From contig NW_005201392.1 of assembly GCF_000372725.1 (NCBI RefSeq), positions 1,121,184-1,185,183 of the forward strand: 64,000 bases of DNA, in the 5' to 3' direction. Shown here piece after piece: positions 56,846-64,000 of this stretch (positions are counted from its first letter, which is position 1; each line of letters starts with the position of its first letter). The notes beneath the pieces were generated by a model. The model ran no database searches, was not told the origin of the DNA, and worked only from the letters and a program-made list of their open reading frames with translations. Made by a program: the position numbers and the translations under genes. Source of the stretch: Emiliania huxleyi CCMP1516 (lineage: Eukaryota).

Positions 56846-59800
56846 CCCTTTCAGGACACGTGCTCCACACGTGGAACAGCGCACTTCAGTCCCCAGGAGC
56901 CCCTGTCGGTGTGCTCAGATTGGGCTGCCAGCCGCTCGAGAGTTCTCGTCCTGAAAGTTACTCTCTGCAGTTTGTGTGGAAGCCAAGAGAGCGCCTCGAC
57001 TTGGCTTCACCCCAGTCCGCGCGCACTCGCGCCGCTCAGCGCTCTCCGCGCCCCACTCGCGTCGCACGTGCCCATCCCCATGTCTCCCTCAGCCTCTCAC
57101 CCTGTGGCTCAGGCTAGTTCCATTTCACTGTGATAAGGAGGACGTCCGAAATTCGGCGCACAATGCTCATTCCGACGCCCGCCACATGACGCCCACCGCA
57201 GCCGCGTTGGTCGGCGCGCGCCGCCGCCGACCATCACCACCGACCGACAGCTCGCACGGCCGTGCGGTGAGCAAAAATTTGGGTCGCTGCGCGCCTGCCG
57301 GATGCTCTGCGACGTCTGGACGCTCGCCAGAAACGCCAGGAAGCTTGCCTTCCACCCCTGGGCCCGAGGGCGAACGGCAGTGGTCGGCAGCCTCTGCGAC
57401 GCTCCGATCGGCTCCTCGACCTCATCGCTTGCGACGAGCCAGCATGGCTCGTCGCTCGACGGCAGCCTGCCCAGTATGCTCTTGGCATTCTGTACAGCCT
57501 CGCCAGGCTCTCTGAGACGGCCTGCAGGGCCGGCGCGGACCGCCTCGGGCGCGATGGCCCTCCTCAGTACCTACCTCTTCGATGCCTGTCGGCTCTCCAA
57601 TCTCGTCGCCGACGGCAGGCCCGCATGGCGCGCTGCTCGATGGCAGCCTGCTCAGTACGCCTTGGACAGTGACTTCTGCCTCGCTGCTCCTACTGCAGCC
57701 GCCTCCGGGGCCGGCGCCAGCCGCCTCGCTTCGCCAGTGCTGTCTACGCCGGCGACACGCGTGTCGGCTCGCCGCCCGCGTCGCCCGCGGCGGGCCCGCA
57801 TGGCGCGCCGCTCGTCGGGAGCGTGCCCAGCAGGCTGTGCAGGGCAGTCTGCCTCACTCAGGGCGCCGCCACCGCTGCGCGGGGCCGCCACCGGCGCTGC
57901 TGCCGTGAACACTGCCGCCGTACGTCACCATCGCCTCTCTTCATCGCCGATCTCGCCGACGCCGCTCGCCGCTCGCCGCCGCCCTGCCCTGCCCCGCCTA
58001 GCCCTCGCACAAACAAACACACACACACACACACACACACATACAGACACACATACAGACACACATACAGACACACAAAACACACCCTGCCCCAACCTCG
58101 AGCGCCCCGCGCCCTCCCGCCCAACGCCCTGCGCCTCACGCCGCGCGTCCCACGCACGCCCCGCGCCCCGCGCCCCGCGCCCCCTCACCTCGCGCCTCAC
58201 GCCTCCCTCCCCACCCTCTCAGGCATTTCTCCTCCCTGCTGCTCGCCGACTCCTCCTCCCCCCGCATGACCGACGACTACCCGTCCTTCGGCGACTCCTC
58301 CCTCCTCGGCACCAACGTCTACTACCCGTTCGCGGCCCGGTGAGGGGCGGGAGCGCAGCCATTCCAACGGCTGGGAAAGTTTCTGAACGGCCGCGCATGC
58401 GCCTGCATGCCGGCTTACTAAGGAGGTCCCTCGCTCCGGCTCCTCTCTCGGAAGACGCGCGCCGGCCTGGGGGACTCGCTTGCGATCCCGCTCCAGCCAG
58501 AGGCCGCGTGAGGCGTGTGGGACGGTGTACGCTGGGGCTTGGCCCCAAGTGCACTGGCCTCGCGTCTCGAGGGGAGGGCGGCTCGTAACTGAGGTCCGCC
58601 GTCAGAGACAGTCGTCCTCCCCTCAACCCGACGAGAGTGGGCGGGCAGTCCCCGTGGCTGCAGTCGCGCTTCCGAGCCGACTCCGCCCCTCTCTCCACCC
58701 GGCCATTCCAACGGCCAGGCCGCTCGCTTAAGGCTGATTGGCTAGACGAGTGGCCTACCTCCATGGGGCTGTCTGGGAACGCGTGGATCCGGCCCGCCCC
58801 CCGGCGGGTTACGGTTTAGCGCTGACAGTCACCCCATGGGCAGTCTGGATCACGGGGGATGACATCCTGCCTACCGGCGCGCCGGGAGGAGGTGGGTGCT
58901 CCGCCGCCGGACCGCCCCCTCCATCACCCTCGCCCAGGGATCTACAACGCTGTCTCAAGGTCCGACAGGTTCGGCACCGGGCACCGCCTCGGTATACAAA
59001 ATGCGCCTGCGGGCGGACCCTCACAGATCACAGATCACTGTGGCACAGCTCGCGTTACAAAACCTTGATTTTGACCATTGCGCGAAAAAGGTACATCTCG
59101 GTGCCTTCCAGAGGCAGCTGCGACCCCGCCGAGTAGACGGCGTCACACAGCAGGTGGCGCGGTGTGACGCCGTCCACTCACCCCGGTCGCAGCTGCCTCT
59201 GCGCGTCCTGTGGATGTACCTTTGTCGCGCGCCGGAGACGACTCGACGCCGCTGAGATCGGAGATTCAAGCTCTGACAGGTCGCACGTCGCTCCTTTGAC
59301 GCCGACGTGACTCACCCGTGCAGATCACATCAGGACACGGTCTCGACACGCTCGGTACGACGCCTGCGACCCGTCTTGGGTCAAGTGGCACGACGCTCAT
59401 CGCGCCTACCAGCGCTGCCGTGCAGGCTGCCAAGTCGAGGTCGAGCACGCTTCTATACGCTCGCCCAGCCTCCCTTTCCATCCCATTAGGCAGCATGGGA
59501 ACGGTGGCGAGCAGAGGCAAAGCCTACGAGGGGTGGTGGAACCACATGTCGCGGCTACTGCCGGCTCGACCCCACGATAGCCTCCGAAGGCTGACTTTGA
59601 GGCACCATCATCGGACGATGTCGACGAGTTGGGTCGCTCTCGCGGTAGCCAGGTAGCCCCCCATACTAGTAGCACCGGCCATGGCCGCAGGAAGCTCGGG
59701 GGAGGGCGCTGGGAGCAACACGGAGCTCCGTTGGACGCGTTTTCAAGATTAGCGTGTCAGAGTGAATTGGAACTAGCCTGTGCGGGCCGTCGTTGACACA

Positions 59801-60006
59801 CATGACAGGGGCTGTACACGCGCCATATAAGATATTAAAAAGCAACCGCGCTTAGTCTCTCGCGCGCGGTTGGTCGGTCAGGTCCGGCGACACGGACAGG
59901 CGGCCGGATAGGATCCGACATCGCGCGCGGAGCTCTTAAGAGGGCGTGCATGGCCTCGCGGCGAGAGCGCTGCCGGCCGGCGCGCCGGCGCCGCGGCCGG
60001 GTAATT

Positions 60007-60977
<971 letters not shown>

Positions 60978-62291
60978 GGACGCTGAAGGACTCCGGGGCC
61001 TCGCGTGAGACAAGGGCCCGACCGCTCGTCAGCCGGTTGGTTCGTTACCTCTTTGGATTTAGAGTCTTCGCCTACTATTCAATTCACGGTCTAGACAGTC
61101 TGAAACAGTCTGGCGCAGTCTGATGCAGTCTGGCGCAGTCTGACGTCTGATGCAGTCTGGCGCGACCACTTGACCAGTGCCGCGACCACTTGCTTGACCT
61201 TGCACTGCCTGCCTGCTGACCCGGTGCAAAGTCCAAAGAATCTGCGTCTCAGCTCTTCGGCGCATTGATTGTGCATGATTGCTCGAGTGGCTCGAATTGG
61301 CAATCCACCGCAATGCGAACATGACTGGAGAACATATGCAACACGGACGCAGGCTTGCCGTTGGCGACGTCGGTTATCAGAGGGGTCAGGTCATAGTGTT
61401 AGTGACGCGCTCGATGGGTTGCTGCATTGACGCACACAGGAAAAGCATCGTAGCGGAGACCTTCTCGCACCATGCGGCAGTACGGACACCAGGTGCGCGA
61501 AATTAAGAGCCATGTTTGATTCCGTGGTTTTGGCACTGTCTACCAACTTTGGTACAAATCGACTTGGTCTGGGCACAGCTGAGCCCTGCGCTGCGTTTTT
61601 GCCTCCATTCTGAAAGTGTAGTAGGGAAGGCAGCATGCCAGGCTTGCGAGAACTCCGCTGTGCGCCGAAAAGCGGTATGGCGCCGAGGGGAGGCCACTTT
61701 CCTATTACAAAAGGCTGTCGACATCCTCATCCAAAATTTTCTCGCTGCGCGCCCAACCATGGTGGGCACGCACTCGCAGCGCGCGGGCGGCGCCTGGCGG
61801 CGCCCATTTTGTGAAATGTCTGCCACTCACCTAAGCTGATCTCAGAAACTCTCGTGCGGCTGCGCATTTTATGTTCCCTTCTCTACGGGGGAGCTCTGAT
61901 CGCCGTACTCACCGGGACGCTGGTGAGGTAGGTGACGGTGGGAGGGCACCCCCCCAGACAGCCCCTCCCGAACGGGGACGCCATCACCCTCGCCCAGGGA
62001 TCTACAATGCTGTCTTAAGGTCCGACAGGTTCGGCACCGGGCACCGCCTCGGTATACAAAATCACGTTCGGATCGCTCCTCATCGCAAACCCTGTCAGCA
62101 GTTCACCTACGGGTATGTTCGTAAGAGCTACATACACTGAATGAAAATGCGCCTGCGGGCGGACCCTCACAGATCACAGATCACAGATCACTAACCGCCG
62201 AGTTTTTGGCGCGCGTTCGGACGCTGCTCAAGTAGTAGTTGCACTTGTTTGCGTACAGTTGTAATAGATCGCGCCGGTGCTGCTGGCATGC

Positions 62292-64000
62292 AATGACGCG
62301 GGGGCGTCGTGGCCCGAGCGGCAGTGGCCGCGCAGTGCAGGCCGCCAGCTTTGCCCTGCTACTGTCGGCGGCACCAGCAACGGCGCAGGACCCTTGTGTT
62401 GACGCTGTGGTCAACAAGGACCCGCATCTCCACTTTGCGCATGGTGGCACTGCAGACTTTCGGGGGCAAGACGGGCGCTACTACAGCATGTTGTCGGCGC
62501 CTGGACTGGCAGTCAATATAAAGACTGAGGACGCCCGCTTCCTGCTTCGCGGCGGCAGGTTGACGGTCGACGGCTCCTTCATCACCGAGGCTCACATGTC
62601 GGCGCGCTTAGGTGACGGGGGTAAGAGAGCTGTCGCATCCTTCTGGGCATCCGAGCTGAACGAAGAGAACTGGGGCTGGGGAATAATCAACGGCTCGTGC
62701 TTTTTGCGAGCCGACATCCCACGGCCCTTCGTGCTTGGCAAGCATGGGTCGAGGGAGTGCCTAGGGTTCTCGATTGATGTGAGCATGTCGAGCGCCTACT
62801 TCAGCCTGCGCAACTGGACGGTGATCGTGCGGGGCAATCATGTCTACGACTGGATTTCTGGCCCAAAGCACCGACTGGACGTAAGCTTCAGCGCGAGAGG
62901 CGATGCAGCCGCGCGAGACCTCCCACACGGTCTCATCGGCCAGAGCTTTGCGTCGACGGCTCCGCGCTTTGGCATGGTGGACGAGTACCCTGAGGCAGGG
63001 CACTTTACAACCAGTGCGATGGCGGAAGGCGCGATCGAGGGAGAGGCCATGCAGTACGAGGTCGCCTCGCCGTATGCCACCGACTTTGCCTTCTCGCGCT
63101 TCCTCGCAAGCGAGGAGGCTGCCCTCAGATCGGATCTCCGAGCCATGCTCGATGCATCAACCTCGGAGCGAGTGGCTTCATACACGCCACGGAAGCATGC
63201 TGAGCTGCGACGACTCTCAGAAAGCTATCCTCCCTGCTTGCCCCCGTCGCCATCGCTGCCCCCCCCTCCCTGGGGGTCCCAGGGCATGGATCCCGAGGTG
63301 TTTTGGGATCAACCGGGCATCCCAAATTTGGACAGGTTGGGGGGCCCCCCCCCCCCCCCCCCCGCGCCCCGCATCTTCTGCCGAGATTGAGAGGCACGCT
63401 GTCAGATTGACAGGAGCCGTCACACCCATGCGCGTGCTCTTAGGTGACAACCGCCGACGACGGGACTTGCTGCGCGCAGAGCAACGCCGATGAGAGCATC
63501 TGCGGTTTCGAAGTAAAGGCTGAGCAGTGCCTGCTCTTTTCCGGATCCAGCTGCACCATCACCTACACCGAACGCCGCCGAAGACTTCAACTTGGAGCCT
63601 CCCCCGACATCTTCACGGATCCAGATGCCACGTACCTCAAAGCCCGAACGATAACGTTTGACACCAAACCCCCTCCGTCACCAATTCCCTACCCGCCCAC
63701 CAAGGCGCCAAGCCCGCCGCCCTCGCCGCCGCCGTACCCGCCCACCAAGGCGCCCTCGCCGCCGCCCTCGCCGCCGCCGTACCCGCCCACCAAGGCGCCC
63801 TCGCCGCCGCCCTCGCCGCCGCCCTACCCGCCCACCAAGGCGCCCTCGCCGCCGCCCTCGCCGCCGCCGTACCCGCCTGCCAAGGCGCCCTCGCCGCCGC
63901 CCTACCCGCCGCCCTACCCGCCCACCAAGGCGCCCTCGCCGCCTCCCTCGCCGCCGCCCTACCCGCCCACCAAGGCGCCCTCGCCGCCGCCCTCGCCGCC
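62292..64000 (+). CDS. Secreted protein with DPH-initiated VWD/root-cap-like beta domain and extensin-like SPPP repeats; runs off the window end
   Basis: Signal-like ASFALLLSAAPATA; DPHLHFAHGGTADFRGQDGRYYSMLS, HRLDV, PHGLIGQSF, AMAEGAIEG...Y; Pro-rich tail. Splicing between 63250 and 63500 not resolved. Confidence 0.75.
63688..64000 (+). repeat. 45 bp coding tandem repeat (YPPTKAPSPPPSPPP)n
   Basis: About 7 units of TACCCGCCCACCAAGGCGCCCTCGCCGCCGCCCTCGCCGCCGCCG. Confidence 0.9.

Noticed and set aside
57302..58588. 428 aa ORF
   Set aside because: Reads through a CA microsatellite and intron-like pyrimidine tracts; no domain recognised

Overview
Eukaryotic, very GC-rich nuclear DNA with many short introns, mostly GC-AG donors and with 10-13 bp tandem repeats inside them. 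This matches a haptophyte such as Emiliania/Gephyrocapsa huxleyi, which is an inference from these features. There are four assembly gaps. Recognisable spliced genes: a C-terminally truncated GSK3/shaggy kinase, UAP56/DDX39 helicase, a TPR + PhyH-type 2OG-Fe(II) dioxygenase, a C2H2 zinc-finger protein, a GT61-like glycosyltransferase, two WW-domain proteins, a plastid triose-phosphate translocator, Ran, an RBR-type E3 ligase, an SLC25A42-like mitochondrial carrier, a UBL + WD40 protein, a TRIC/UPF0126 membrane protein, PDE6D and a secreted Pro-rich protein. Three observations stand out. (1) An apparent single four-domain gene NMT1/THI5-like - FolD-like - pterin-carbinolamine-dehydratase-like - QueA (43391-50121), with intact QueA motifs and degenerate FolD/PCD catalytic residues. 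(2) A ~2 kb non-coding element with the split-direct-repeat architecture (A...BA..B) of PAT/Ngaro tyrosine-recombinase retroelements, whose removal restores an ORF. (3) A recurrent pattern in which the 5' end of an intron is a degenerate copy of the start of the next exon. All gene models were read by eye and no database searches were run.
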